Source of the DNA: the human T2T-CHM13v2.0 reference genome, Homo sapiens
Assembly (NCBI RefSeq): GCF_009914755.1
Contig: NC_060929.1
Reading direction: 5' to 3' (one strand)
DNA: 64,000 nt
Positions 44,147-56,831 of this stretch are shown piece by piece (the stretch's first letter is position 1; each line of letters begins with the position of its first letter). The notes under the pieces were generated by a model that saw nothing but the letters and a program-made list of their open reading frames with translations, had not been told where the DNA came from and did not search any database. The position numbers and the translations under genes are program-made.

Positions 44147-45389
44147 TTAGTAATCACATTGTTGGCAAAAGTGTTGCATTCGTATCTAAAACTACCATGA
44201 GGGTAATTTGTATATATTGTGGAACAAGAAAAATGAGAAACTATCTGCTGTTCTAATTCTGTCACCTTGGAGTCTTTGAAAACTGGAATTCTAGGCATAG
44301 GACAAAGGAAATACAGATGCAAGATAAAACGTTAGGCAAAATCCCTGTAGTCCTGATTCTGAGTTAGAGGTATAAGTATGAACTCATACTTGAAAAACAA
44401 TTTATTTCATATTTCTGTCCACTGAAAATATCTAGAAACAATGATCAAAATAGTAGTAGCACCTGGTATACAGGGGTCTCCAAATACCATTACCCACGTA
44501 AGGAACTTGGATTCCATAGAGAAACGGCTCATTCCAGGTTCTGAGGCCAGATATGTGCAAGGTAAGCTAGGGATACCTTACCATACTACTGGCCAAAGAT
44601 GAAAAAATGAAAGCATCAATATGAATAATGTAAGTTATATTTGTAATGATACAAAAAATTAGTCACCTTTAGAGAATGATTTGGAATAAATTAATTATTT
44701 TGAAAATCAGTAAATAAAGAGAAAAAATCATTTGTTTATCCTTCTTTTCCTGTACATACCGTACCTCAGGGTAATCAACTGACAGGATAACGCTTCTCCT
44801 AACAGAAGTCTTCTAGCTGTCAAATAAATAATAACAAAATTAGAATATTATCATTTTTTCAATCCATAGTGAAATAATGGATCTAGGTAATGATCATCAA
44901 TAGCTGCTAAAATCACAGAATGAGGGTTAACTAGTCTTTAGGTGCCTTCTGATGGAAGATCACAATATTACCTATGAAGTATACATGTAAAAAATATCAA
45001 ATCTGCATCTGATCAAGACTTTAGGTCTCTCAGAAAATTCAGAAGATAGAAGAACATGTTAAATAACACAACAGGTGATGCAATCGGCAAAATTTATGCT
45101 TTGTGAAACTCTGCTGAACAATGTTGCCACTATTCAACAGAAAATTACAAGGAAAAAAATAGCAGGATTACATAGATCAAAGGAGTTTAAGACTGATGAA
45201 TCAGTTGAAATATATAGACATTATTTCAATCTTGATTTAAAGAAGCAAACTATAAAAATCTATGGATTGGGGATAATGGGTATGTGGGTGTTACTTACAT
45301 TATACTCTCTCTGTTTGAAATTTTCCATAGTAAAATGTTAAACAATAACAGCCAAAAACAACTAACCCCATACCAAAAACAACTAATCC

Positions 45390-45610
45390 CTATTAAGTGC
45401 TCATTATATGCAAGGCACTGTTTTAAGTAATTTGCATATTTAAACTGTCCTCCTGTCCATGAGGTCGGTACTCATCTCTACTATACAAATGAGAAAACCA
45501 AGGTATAGAGTGGTTAAGCACCTTGCTTAAGGCCACACAGCTAATAAATTATGGTATTAGGATTCAAAACCAGGCAGTCTGACTCCAGAACCCATTTTCT
45601 AACCGGTACA
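45390..45610 (-). mobile_element. MIR
   Basis: tgcaaggcactgttttaag...tacaaatgagaaaacc...aaggccacacagcta...ggattcaaaaccaggcagtctgactccaga. Confidence 0.75.
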
Positions 45611-46956
45611 CTAGTACCTATCACAATGATGCTAGCTTGGACTAGGTTGGTGATAATGGAGAAACGTGGATGGATTGAAGAGATACTGAAGGTGAAATTG
45701 ACCAGACTCCATGCTGGATTGCACACGAGGCTAAGGGTCAGGGGAGAGTCCAAAATATTTGTGAGGTTTTGGTTTGCATCATGGGATACATGGTGTTATG
45801 GTTCATTGAAATAACAAGAATGAGAGAGGATCCCGTTTAGAGGTAAAAGATGATTTGGGTTTGGAGCATGTCAAGATTCTGGTGCCTTTGGTATATCCAG
45901 GTGATGTCAGTTGAGCAGCTGGCAATATTGGTGCTCTTATATGTTAGTTTTCCCCCTTTTTCCTCCTTAGAACTGTATACATTTTCTTGGGATGAAGAGG
46001 GGAAGGGGCTACTTTTCTAGTATTGAAGTATAATAATGTAATATTCTGTTCTTGTTTCAGAGGTGTTGTAGCAGTATCACTTGCACATTTTATAAGACTG
46101 CTTTTGCTCCATTGTCTTAGTAACTGGGAGAAAACAGGTCAATGAATCAACCATCCCTTGATTGCTTACTATGCCCAGCCACTGTATTAGGTGCTTACAC
46201 ATTCTATCATTTCCTTCTTTCTTACAGTTACTTTAACAGTTATAAAGATGTTCTTCTTCTCATTAAATAAGGAGATGGAAGATCAAAAAGAGTAAGTCAC
46301 TTGCCAAAGTTACCGAGCTGTAAAGTAGTATTCTGCATCCCTAGTCTGTGTTCTCCCATTATGCCTCTATTTTTCAAAGTGTGGGTGATGACTTAGGTGG
46401 TCACGGTCATGGTGTTTAATTGCACAGACACACACAGTAAGAAAGCGCTCTGTTATAATTTTCATCCAATCTTCTGTTGCAACATGGAGAACAACTCAGT
46501 TAGGTGTTAGTATCTCTTTAATACCTCTCTAACACTTGGCCAATCTCTGTTTTCAACCAAGAAAGGAGAGCCTTGGACTCAGAGTCTTGAGCAAATCATA
46601 ACAGTATGTAGCAGGAATTTGATCACATCTTATCTTCATTGTGTATATTTTTAGGGATACTTTCTATTAATAAGTGATATTAGTGTTTCCATTTATACAG
46701 CAACATAGAATTGCATTTAAAAATAAATTTAAGTAAAAGAAATAAACTGCATAAAAGAAAACTATTACATACATAAAAGTAACAATGGTTCAAAGAAAGG
46801 AAAACCAAACACAAACTAGATGAGGCTGGAATCCAACGGATGACCTTTAGAAAACAGTGCTCTTCACCATATTTCCTGCTCCTCACCCCAGTTATGGGCT
46901 TTGGTGCTGGCCTTACTTCTTGAACAGCAATTGAATATCTTAACCAAAATATTATC

Positions 46957-47031
46957 TGGAAACACTTCATCTAGTTACTGGTGAATGCAGCTAGTTGGAA
47001 ACACTTCATCTAATTACTGGTGAATGCAACT
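46957..47031. repeat. 39-bp tandem duplication
   Basis: TGGAAACACTTCATCTA(G/A)TTACTGGTGAATGCA repeated at 46957 and 46996. Confidence 0.92.
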
Positions 47032-47262
47032 CTCTAGTGATCCTGTCACAGATCCCAAATACTGCGGGCCAGACGGTATTTTCATTCTGCATTGATCAGA
47101 TTGACATGTTGGATGGAACCCCCCAGCCCTTGGCTGCCCAGCATGTCTCCCATGCCAGGGTGTCAGGAAAGATATAAGAGCAAAGAGTACATGACCAATA
47201 AGTCATGGCAGCTAACACCTAAGACACTGGGTTATTTTGGAAATCTTAAGAATATCTAGGTG

Positions 47263-47264
<2 letters not shown>

Positions 47265-47304
<40 letters not shown>

Positions 47305-47310
47305 ATCTAT
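47265..47310. repeat. (TATC)10 tetranucleotide STR
   Basis: Ten perfect TATC units, 47265-47304. Confidence 0.95.
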
Positions 47311-48362
47311 ATTTTACTAACAGGCATTCTAGTATTAAAGCTATGTTGACTAATTTCCATCTATTCCTCTTCCTTAAAGCTCGAATTCCCCAGTCTTCTA
47401 TGATACCATGTTTGCACATTTTGCTCTTTCCTCACCCTCCTCCCCTTTTCTGGGACAGAAGCTATATTCAGTATGTTTGTGAGAAACGGTTGTAAATAGG
47501 CTGCCTTAAAAAAAAAACAAAAAAACAAAAACAAAAAACACATTTTTTAGTTCTTCTAAACACAAACAAAGGCAATAAAAATTCCCAATGCTACAGGTAT
47601 TTTAAAAGACATCATTGTCACGAGGTAATTTTGCTTGTGTGTTCCCCAAGGAACTGAAAAGTACATTATAGTCACTGTAACCCTGCTGGGTAGAGACAGT
47701 ATCTTCTCTTTATTCTTTGTTATTACTGATATTATCTGTTCAGCACATTAAGGAAAGAAATTGGTATCTAATATAATACATCTGCATTTCTCTCATTTCC
47801 CATGAGCACCACAAAGCCAGTACTTTTTCATCCTTGGCCCTGCCAGAGTAGAATCCAAGGCCTGAACAATAGTAGGCTTAAGTTTTGCATTTTTGATGTA
47901 TTCTTTAAGTGAAGGTGGTAAATATTGATATTGGTAAATATCAGTAAATTCGTCTTCTTAAAGCCACAAGGTCAAAGAAAAGACAAGTTCCGTCTTCCTA
48001 GGCGGGGTACCCACAGCCCCGCATCTGCCCACTGTGGCTATCCCAGTTCCTGAGAACCTGGCTACATCATACACAGCACACAAGGCAGAGGCCTGACTAG
48101 TGCAACTCCAACAAGAGAAAAGACCCCCACTCCGAAAATGGAAACTCATCCCATTCCCATGCACAGACAGGGTGAGGGTGAGGAGTGGGCAGTGGGTGTG
48201 TACGTGGTGGGTGGTGTAGGTTGAGAGCGTCTTCCCCCTTCACGGCTGCAGCTGGAGCTCAGCGGGCGCCCCAGCCCCTTGGCTCGCGGCCCTGCCCCGA
48301 CCATTGTCCGCACACCTCGTCCCTCCAGCTTCCGGGCCGCGGGCGAGATGATTTGCTGCAGA

Positions 48363-48370
48363 TGACATCA
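48363..48370 (+). promoter_or_regulatory. CRE-like / ATF-Jun element TGACATCA
   Basis: One mismatch from TGACGTCA, about 110 bp upstream of the TATA box. Confidence 0.55.
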
Positions 48371-48429
48371 GCCCCGGGCCAACGGCTGGAAGAGCGGAGG
48401 CAGCCACCGCGTGAGGATGTGCCGGGTGG

Positions 48430-48459
48430 TCCTTTCCTCCTCCTCTTCCTCCTCCTCCC
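48430..48459 (+). promoter_or_regulatory. (TCC)n homopyrimidine promoter tract
   Basis: TCCTTTCCTCCTCCTCTTCCTCCTCCTCCC just upstream of the TATA box. Confidence 0.6.
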
Positions 48460-48479
48460 GGCTCCCTGCCTAGTCTCCA

Positions 48480-48486
48480 TATAAAA
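48480..48486 (+). promoter_or_regulatory. MAP1B: TATA box of MAP1B
   Basis: TATAAAA in a GC-rich context, followed by a GC-box-like CCCCGCCC; predicts a TSS near 48510. Confidence 0.85.
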
Positions 48487-48545
48487 GCGGCGCCGCCTCC
48501 CCGCCCTCTCTCACTCCCCGCTCCTCTCCGCCGCGCACTCTCCGC

Positions 48546-48578
48546 GGCGCTGGGAGAGGGCGGAGGGGGAGGCGGCGC
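48546..48578 (+). other. MAP1B: G-rich 5'UTR motif (RNA G-quadruplex / FMRP-binding element)
   Basis: GGCGCTGGGAGAGGGCGGAGGGGGAGGCGGCGC; MAP1B mRNA is an established FMRP target through a 5'UTR G-quartet. Confidence 0.7.
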
Positions 48579-48708
48579 GCGGCGCCAGAGGAGGGGGGAC
48601 GCAGGGGGCGGAGCGGAGACAGCACCTTCGGAGATAATCCTTTCTCCTGCCGCAGAGGAGAGGAGCGGCCGGAGCGAGACACTTCGCCGAGGCACAGCAG
48701 CCGGCAGG

Positions 48709-48892
48709 ATGGCGACCGTGGTGGTGGAAGCCACCGAGCCGGAGCCGTCCGGCAGCATCGCCAACCCGGCGGCGTCCACCTCGCCTAGCCTGTCGCACCG
48801 CTTCCTTGACAGCAAGTTCTACTTGCTGGTGGTCGTCGGCGAGATCGTGACCGAGGAGCACCTGCGGCGTGCCATCGGCAACATCGAGCTCG
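48709..48892 (+). CDS. MAP1B: MAP1B coding exon 1 (184 nt, phase-1 end)
   Basis: ATG in strong Kozak context (AGGATGG); MATVVVEATEPEPSGSIANPAASTSPSLSHRFLDSKFYLLVVVGEIVTEEHLRRAIGNIEL is the MAP1B N-terminus; donor CG|GTAAGT at 48893. Confidence 0.97.
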
Positions 48893-51800
48893 GTAAGTGG
48901 CCCCGCGCCCCCAGAGACGCGCGCTGGGAGACGCGCAAACACGACCCCACCCAGGGCGCGACGGTCACTGCGCTCCTCCCGCGCGCCCCGCACCCATGCC
49001 TCTCCTCGTCACCTCTCATACTTGGTCCAGACCCTTTCTGGGCTAATTAAGAATAATCCGAATTATTAGATATGAGACCCAGAGGGAGAGTCTCCAATAA
49101 CCTTGAGGGATCTGTCACCACGCTGAGTCCGCAGCCTGTGCTGAGTTGGCCACCGCCTCTCCCGCTAAGTGAAATGCAGGTGTCAGGGGAGCAGAGGCCA
49201 CAATAAAGCCGCAACCGCAGGAGGCAGAAGGGTGGGGGAGACCTGATGCAACCACTCCTTTCAGTCCTCTTCTGGCCTCAGGAAAAGGCTGGGACCCCCA
49301 CCACCGCAGACCTGGGGCCGAAGCCCATGTGCCAGGGCCCGCGTGGGATTCATCCTCACCACGGCTACCTCAGCCCCTGAGAAACGCCTTTTCTGATTTC
49401 AAACCTCCCGATCCTTTCTTTCCTCAGAATGACTAGGCTAGTCCTAGGGCCACGCCCGCTCCCCCCGCCCCCCCCTCCCCGGGGAGATGCTGGGATGCAG
49501 AACCGCCTGCGCTTCGCCACCAGACAGAGCCCGCCTCGCTACCGCCCTTGGGGCCTTGGCTGCAGCTCTCAGAAAGGACAATGGGACCCCAAGTTGCGGG
49601 GTGGGGCTGCTGCTTTTAGAAGTCCCAGCCTCGGGAGTGGTAGCTTGAAGGGGGTCGGTGAGGGAGACGTCAGCGGGTAGGGTCAGCTCCTCGCCCGGTG
49701 CTCGCACCAGTGGCGCGCTCTGCGGAGGCCGAATAGCGGTACGGCGGGGACCCTGGGCGGGGCCGTGAGGGTCCGGCGGGCACAGCCTCGGGCGCACAGA
49801 GAGACCGCCCCCAGCCCCACCCGAGCTGCCGCAGTGCCTCCGGACCGCCCGCCACACCTGCCCCCCCACACTGCGGCGCCCCCGTCGGGCACGGCTGGCT
49901 GGGCTTGCGCTCCGCCCGGGCCTCGGGCTGGCGGGGGCCGCGCGCCCCCACCTCTCAGTTTGCCTGGCTTTGTTGCCCTGGGAGTCCCTGGGTGGGCAGC
50001 TCTGGTCTCTGCCTTTCCCTTTATCCCTGGCGTCCCGGCCCTCCCCTCGCTCCTGACAGAGGTCGCCGGGTCCCTCCGCAGCCCCAGCCCGCGCTCTATT
50101 CTCCTGGGGTGGTGCTGAAGCGTTTCTCCGGGAGACACCGGTTGGTGGGCGTGGTGCAGTCCGCACTGCGGTCTCTACGGCAGCCCGAGGCGGACAAAGG
50201 GCGTTCACGCAGCCCTCGTTCCCCACTCCCCCTCCCCAATAAAAGACGAAAGAAAAACCTTGTTTTAGATGAAAAAATAAATGCTTGTCATCTGCCTCTG
50301 CAGTTGGAAACGGCCACTTGTCCCCAGAACAAAAGGCTGCAGGGTGGGGACTGGAGTTGCAGACCTGGTTCTTTTGTTTAACTTTAAAGCACTTGATTTT
50401 CCCTTTTAGCTTAAAAAAAAAAAAGAAAAAAAAATGTGAGCAGAAAGTCATAGTATTTTATTCCAAAAAATTCAAGAACAAGAGATATTTCAGTAGTGAA
50501 ATGTCTTATTTGAGCATCTCAATAACCCTTCATTTTCAGACTATATAGGCCTTTGGTCTAATCTGTTCTAATTTAGTTTATTTGCACAATTTTCTCCTGG
50601 AAAAATTTTACACATACTGACTTTGGGTGTGGCTATTGTGGGAATCAATGACTTTGGATTTTTTTCTTTAAAAAATTATTTGTAAGTAGCATTTCTGGGA
50701 AATAGGAATATATTAGGAGGTGCTTTTCTATCTACAAAATCTTCATAACCATTCGATGTGGTGGTGCTAGGAGAGGGATCATCAACCCCGTTTTAGAGCT
50801 GGGGGCCCAGAGAGGCAGGAAGGGTAAGAGAACCGGCTCAAGGTCACAGCACTCATAAGTGATAGAAGTACCAGTACTGCAGCGTCACTCGTTTTCTGAC
50901 CCTGTCATGATGTTAGTGCAGGGTTGGCTAACATCCTATGATGGGAGGAAGGTTTCAGTACAACAGTTTTCAGGGCTTGCCTTTGTATGGCCATCCACTT
51001 GTGGGCAGCGCCCCATGCTGGGAGATGGTTCAGCAATCACCTTCGGATCGTAATTATCTTCCTGCTTTGTTACTCATCTGATCATCTTTTCAGCGCCCTA
51101 TTCCTCAGAGGGTTTATACAAGCTGCATCTATTTATGGAGAAAACAGACGCATCCACGTACTGCTATGAAGAAGGGCTCCCTGCCTTTACTCGTTTTTAC
51201 ACTACTAGCACTTAGTGACAAAATTCAGATTTGTCTTCTTGACATTAATTTTTTAAAAAATTCGGTTGAAGTATTATATAGAGAGGAAAGGGCACAAATC
51301 AAAGATGAGCAGCTCAACGAATTTTCACAAAACGGACACGCCTGGGTTACCCAGATCAAGAAACAGACATTACTGGAACCCCAGAAGCCCCCTTGTGTTC
51401 CCTTTGCAATAGACATCATGGCTTCCTGATTTTTTAATTCCCTAATTTGGTCAGGTTTTTGCATGGAACTCCGAAATGACTGTATTGATCCCATTAAGAA
51501 TCAACCAAGTGAGTGAGCAGAGCCGTTTCTTTACACACCGTAGCAGATGCTGCTTTTCCTCTGAAGATGGCTCTCCTGGGTTCTGGGGTCTTGGCTGCAG
51601 CTCAAGATGCAGGCCCTTCCAGCGCTAAGTGAAAATCCTGCTCCCATAGCTTTTCAGACAGTCTGAGATGACTTAGCAACAGAGCAGGCTGGTCCTGTTT
51701 TCCTGTGCACGACAAGCTGCTGCTTCAGCCGCCAGGTCTCAGCTGGGCCTCCTCCAGAGGCCACTGCTGTTGTTGCTTGGTGCCTTTGGGCCTTGTTGTG

Positions 51801-54800
51801 TGAAGCAAGATGGAGCTGCTCCAGGGGGGCCAGCTCTGATGATTGTGTGTTGCAGGCTGGGAAGGCAGTTCCGCATCTGTTACTCTTTCTTCCTATTTCC
51901 CCTCCTGCCTTAACTGAGATTCTGGGTTTGGAGACCCTGGCGACTTGGATTCTTGCCATCCGATTACTGAGGGCTCTCTGGGAAGCCTAGAAAATAATCT
52001 ATAAATCTGTAGAGACATGGCGGTAATGCAGTAAATCAACAGGCCTGGAACGTCCCAATGTGGATGCTTCGTAAATGCCTCTTGAAACCAGGGAAGAGAG
52101 ATGGTCCCTCTTGCTTTCTCAACTATATTCGGAAAGCATAATGAAAGCTTTGGACATGTCTCCTCCAGAGTTTGGAACAATAGTGTTTCCTCGGACTAGG
52201 CTAGCTTCATTTATTTAGTTATGCAGGACTTTATTCCAAATCGTTTTCGCTACCACCAACTACTACTCTTTGGCACCTCCTTTTTCTCCTCCCTAATTAG
52301 CCCCCAGCATGGATTTAGCTAGTGGTTCTCATTTTCAGCAAAACCCTGCTTCTTGGTTTTATTTTAATACATAGAGGACATACATCCGTGTCTTGCAAAC
52401 TGAATTCTAGAGCCTTGTGAACGTTTTCATTGTTTCATTTTTTTTTTAAGGAACTAAAACATATAAAGAATATTAAGTGTCTGTTGGATGTTTTCAATTA
52501 CCGTTAGATTATAACTTTTCCTTTAGTTAACACTGGGAATCAGCAAGATTTGTTGGTGAAAAGATAGATGAATGTAACATCTACTGCTCTGCATTTTTAG
52601 ATAAAAGTTTAGCTGATTACATTGTTACATTCTGATGTCACTTAACTGAATGTCCTTCAGTCTAAGATGGTAAGAGAATTTAAAACCCAGGAAAGATTTG
52701 GGGTTTAGTTTTCCTTTTCTTTTAACAGGGGAAATAAGAAACCAATACCATATGTGGTGAGAATTAAATGTTAGAGAGTCTTAAATTTACTATATTTGCC
52801 TATACTTTTCAAAGTCGAAGACAGATGGATTTCTGCTTGCACTGCTTAATTGGTATTATCTACGACAGCTCTGTGATCCATGCTGAAACACAAGCCAGTC
52901 CCCAAATTTAAGGTCATTAAATTGTTCACCTTCTCTAAGGGCTTATTTTAAAAAAATAAGTTATAACTTTTTAGACAAGCAAATAATTATGTCACTTCTC
53001 ATTTGCTTCTGTTGTAAGATGTTATCTCAGACCTAAATTATTTATTATCAATGCTTTGAAACTATGAGCTCTGTATGTAAGATATTATCGTCATTACATA
53101 CATATGTTATGAACATCAAGTTGCTGGCTTTAAAAAAAGAAAAAAAGCAAATTAAAGATGAGTTCAAGGGAAAAAATAAGAATTTTTTCCTCTGAGAAAT
53201 AAAGCATTCCTAAATGTAGCATTTCCTTTAGTTCATTTATGTAGTTTATGATTTCAATCTGATTTCAGACCACTTTTTAGCATAGTTTTACAAATATAAT
53301 CTTATGATTCTAGGTTAATGATTTAGGTACTTGGAAAAAATATCCAAAAGCCTGTTTTTCAGAGGGAGCAACTAAAGCCCATAAAGGAAAATCAACTTGC
53401 CAAAGGCCCAAATAACTGTCAGATAGAACCCATGTGCCATCAACATACAATGCATGGTCATTTCATTTTGCTTTCTTCAATCCACTGTCACCTTTAGAAA
53501 TATGAATTTTAGCTTTTAAATGGGAGGTGCTTTTTTAAATTGTTGGTTTCATTAAACAACCCTGCAAAATGCTTACATGATTGGAAAACTTGGAACAATC
53601 TAGCCTGTACACACCAAGAGTACCTGACTTCTCCTCATTTTTCACCCTGACTTGTTCTTTAATGACCCCTCCCTGCCTCCCTGCCCCATAACCTATTCTT
53701 TTCTCCTTTTCTCATCTGTGTATATCATGTGCATGTCAGCCTCCCTTGTGTGCACTGCTACCACCTGGGGTCAGAGAACTGAGAAGGAAAGATCTTTTGT
53801 TGCTCCCTGGTCCCAAGGAGCTCACTTTCAGGGCTGGGCAATAGCCACAGAGCAGGCCCAGATTGTTCTCAGAGATGACGGATGCCTTTTGGCTCCAGAC
53901 ATTGAAAGAATGGGGTTCACTGCCTCCAACTGCCTGGAGTTATTCTGCCCCCACCTGGGTAAGCCCAGAAGGGGTACAGTCTTAGAATGCTGGGGAAACA
54001 AAGCCTCCAGGAAGAGCTTGACTTGGTGTATATTGGGGTGAAAATTAGAAAGAGGGCTTCCCTGCTCCCCAACAGAGACCAGGATGACTTGCTTCTGAAA
54101 GCCTCTTTAGAACCTCTTCACCAACACCCCAGGATGCCCTCCAGCCAGATTCAGAGAGGGGAGAATATGGGAAGGGCCAAAGAGATATTTTTCTGTCCTG
54201 TAAACTTTAGAGGGCTCGCTGTTGGCTCCTTGTTAGGCACAAAGGGGAACTACATAAACCTACTAAATGCAATATGAACCTTCATTAACAACTACTCTTT
54301 GCCTTTACCAATATTATCCAGCAGGAGATACAAAGTAATTACAAATTATTTTATTTCTAAAATTGGTATGGAAAGTGGCCTGATTCCAAAATTTTCCTTT
54401 CCAACTAAAATAGCTGGCAAATCCAACATAACCTTTATTTTATAAGTGGTAGTAGTGGTTGTGCATTGCTAAGAAACAATTTGGGTGGAAATTGCTCTCT
54501 TGAAAAAAGAACCCTACATTTTTAGTTTCATTGGGAGTGTAAAAATGAGAAATATTTTTATCAGCCGTTTACTAGTATAATTTAGAAATTACTAAGTGGA
54601 TTTATCATTTAGTACTTTTTCTATTGCTAAATTACAAATATGTCAAAAATAAAATATGTCTGAAAATATAAAGCAAACATTTAATTGTGTGTGCCATGAC
54701 AAGTTAACTGAAGCCAAGGGAAAATGGCAAGTAGCAATGTAAGAGCAAGTCTGCAGATAACCCTGGATGAAGTCATTCAAATAATGTACCAATTTAGACA

Positions 54801-56831
54801 TTACTTAGAACAAAGACAGAAAAATTGTATGAATTTAATTTAAATGCATATGTCTCATTATTAACTTATTGACCCAGCTTGACAGGGTAGAAGACAAAGT
54901 AGAGCTCAGACCTGGAACACGGAGAATTCAGTCAACAATACCAATTAAGCAGCTCAGACAGGAACTCGATTTTTTTGCACTAGACTAGTATATAGTGTAT
55001 ACATTGAAGTAAAATATTCTAATGAATTCAGACCTCTCAACCTGTCAAGCTCTCTGTGAAACAAAAAGAACCCATTTATCATTTCTGCACTAAAAAGATC
55101 TGCGAAATCTCAACATGCCTTTCTTGTTAAAATTCAAATACTCCATTAGCACAAATGCAAACTGAGGCTATTAATGTTTCCAGGAAGAGCCATAAAATTC
55201 TCCCTTATAATTTGACCTTTCCTTAAGCACGTTAACTCTTCCACATCTGAATTCTTCCCATTGATCATATGAGAAATTTCTGCCTGTATTTAGTGGACAC
55301 ACATCTATTTGAAAATATTCCTCCTGGTTGAAAAGGTCTGTGGTGTGTAATCTAAAGATATTTTAGATGTGCAGTGAACTGAGTTTCCAGAATCTTTTTT
55401 TTTTGTAATGTCTATGTATAATCCACCTTGATTCTTTACAGGATAGGAAGACTGAATACAATTTAACCAAGGGTAAATACAAATATGCCTTAAGGATCCA
55501 GTGTGTATTTAAGTAACACACTGCTATTTATTCCTTCAAGTCTGTATACATGACTAATGTCCAACAAAAATGATTACATGACTGGGTGTTAATTTAGAGA
55601 TAGTTCACCTGCTGTGTTATACCTAGAGGTTCAAGCCCTTACCTTTAGGAGGTATGCAATAAATGTCTGTTGTTCTAGAGATTTGTTCCTGGCAATTGAG
55701 AATGCTCTATACAAAGGTACAATGATGGATACCACACACTGGCTCCACCATGAGCAACCTATTAGGAAAAATGTAATATATAATATGTAAACATGTAAAA
55801 CACACACACACACCAGAGTTCTGGGGTTCCCCAACTTTCCCTGGCTTACTCTCCAGACCTCCCTTCTATGATGCTCTCTGGGGTTCCCTCTGGGCCATCC
55901 CCTTTGGGAGGGCAGGAGAAAGAGGACAGTGGGAGGAGGAAGGAAGAGGCTAGAGAGTAGGGCATGAGCACAGGAAGCTGCCCTCATCCCGCCTCTTGCC
56001 CTCCTGTTCCTCTCACCCTGGATATTCCTTTCAGCCTAGGGAAAGGAAGTCTGATAGGACTTCCTTTCCGTTCAGCCTAGGGTAGGAATAGCTGATTCAT
56101 GTCCCCAACTCCATAAATGTTTTATAAAGTATAAAAAGTTGCCATTTTTCTTTGCCTCTGGATAAGAAAATTGAATACAATGAACAATTGTGAATAAAAG
56201 AGCTGCCTGCCAAGCTACTCAGGTAACAGAAAAGTGCCTGGAAGGACAGACAGGCCAAGTCTTGAAGATTGAGTGGATCCACTCTGTTTATCAAAGATCA
56301 CATAAATCTTGGATTGATATCCAGGGCTCGATAAACCAAAGTCAAAAACGGGATGGGTAAAGGAAAGAAATTACACATGTATACTACCAGAACATCATTT
56401 TAGAAACAAAGGCCCGTGCTTGAATGGCAGCCCCCGTGTATTTTCTTTGCCTTTATTCTACATTTTCTTGCCACCTACAAGTGGAGTTAGTCTGTCTACA
56501 AGCTAGAGTTAGTCTGTTGGCCTCTTAGCTTCTTAAGAACTAACATCTTCCTGCCCTTTCTAGTCCCTCCCTGGAGTACAGCCTGTCATTTTCCTAACAA
56601 CTGTTTTCTTTGACTCTTCCAGAAGAGGTGCATTTACTTTTTATGAGGGGCAGAAGCTCAGTCCACACTGCTAATTATCCCTCCCTTGTGGCCTGGTGGA
56701 GAGACCTCCCTGGCCCTCCCATTTTGTGGGCATCCACTGCTAAGCCACCAAGCTCTTCAGAAAAGGAGTTCCCACATCCTCCCTGAAAGCCTGAGAAATA
56801 TTACAGTGATGTTGTCCAAACCACTCTGAAA

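Larger units (their letters stand above)
48240..50220. promoter_or_regulatory. MAP1B: CpG island spanning the MAP1B promoter, exon 1 and proximal intron 1
   Basis: Dense CpG and GC-rich sequence against CpG-depleted flanks; boundaries by eye. Confidence 0.9.

Noticed and set aside
49444-50451. 335-aa minus-strand ORF and other overlapping ORFs across the CpG island (e.g. 48240-48815, 48511-48993, 49683-50138)
   Set aside because: Low-complexity Arg/Gly/Ala/Pro translations are expected from stop-poor GC-rich DNA; no recognisable domain; the start runs through a poly-A/T tract
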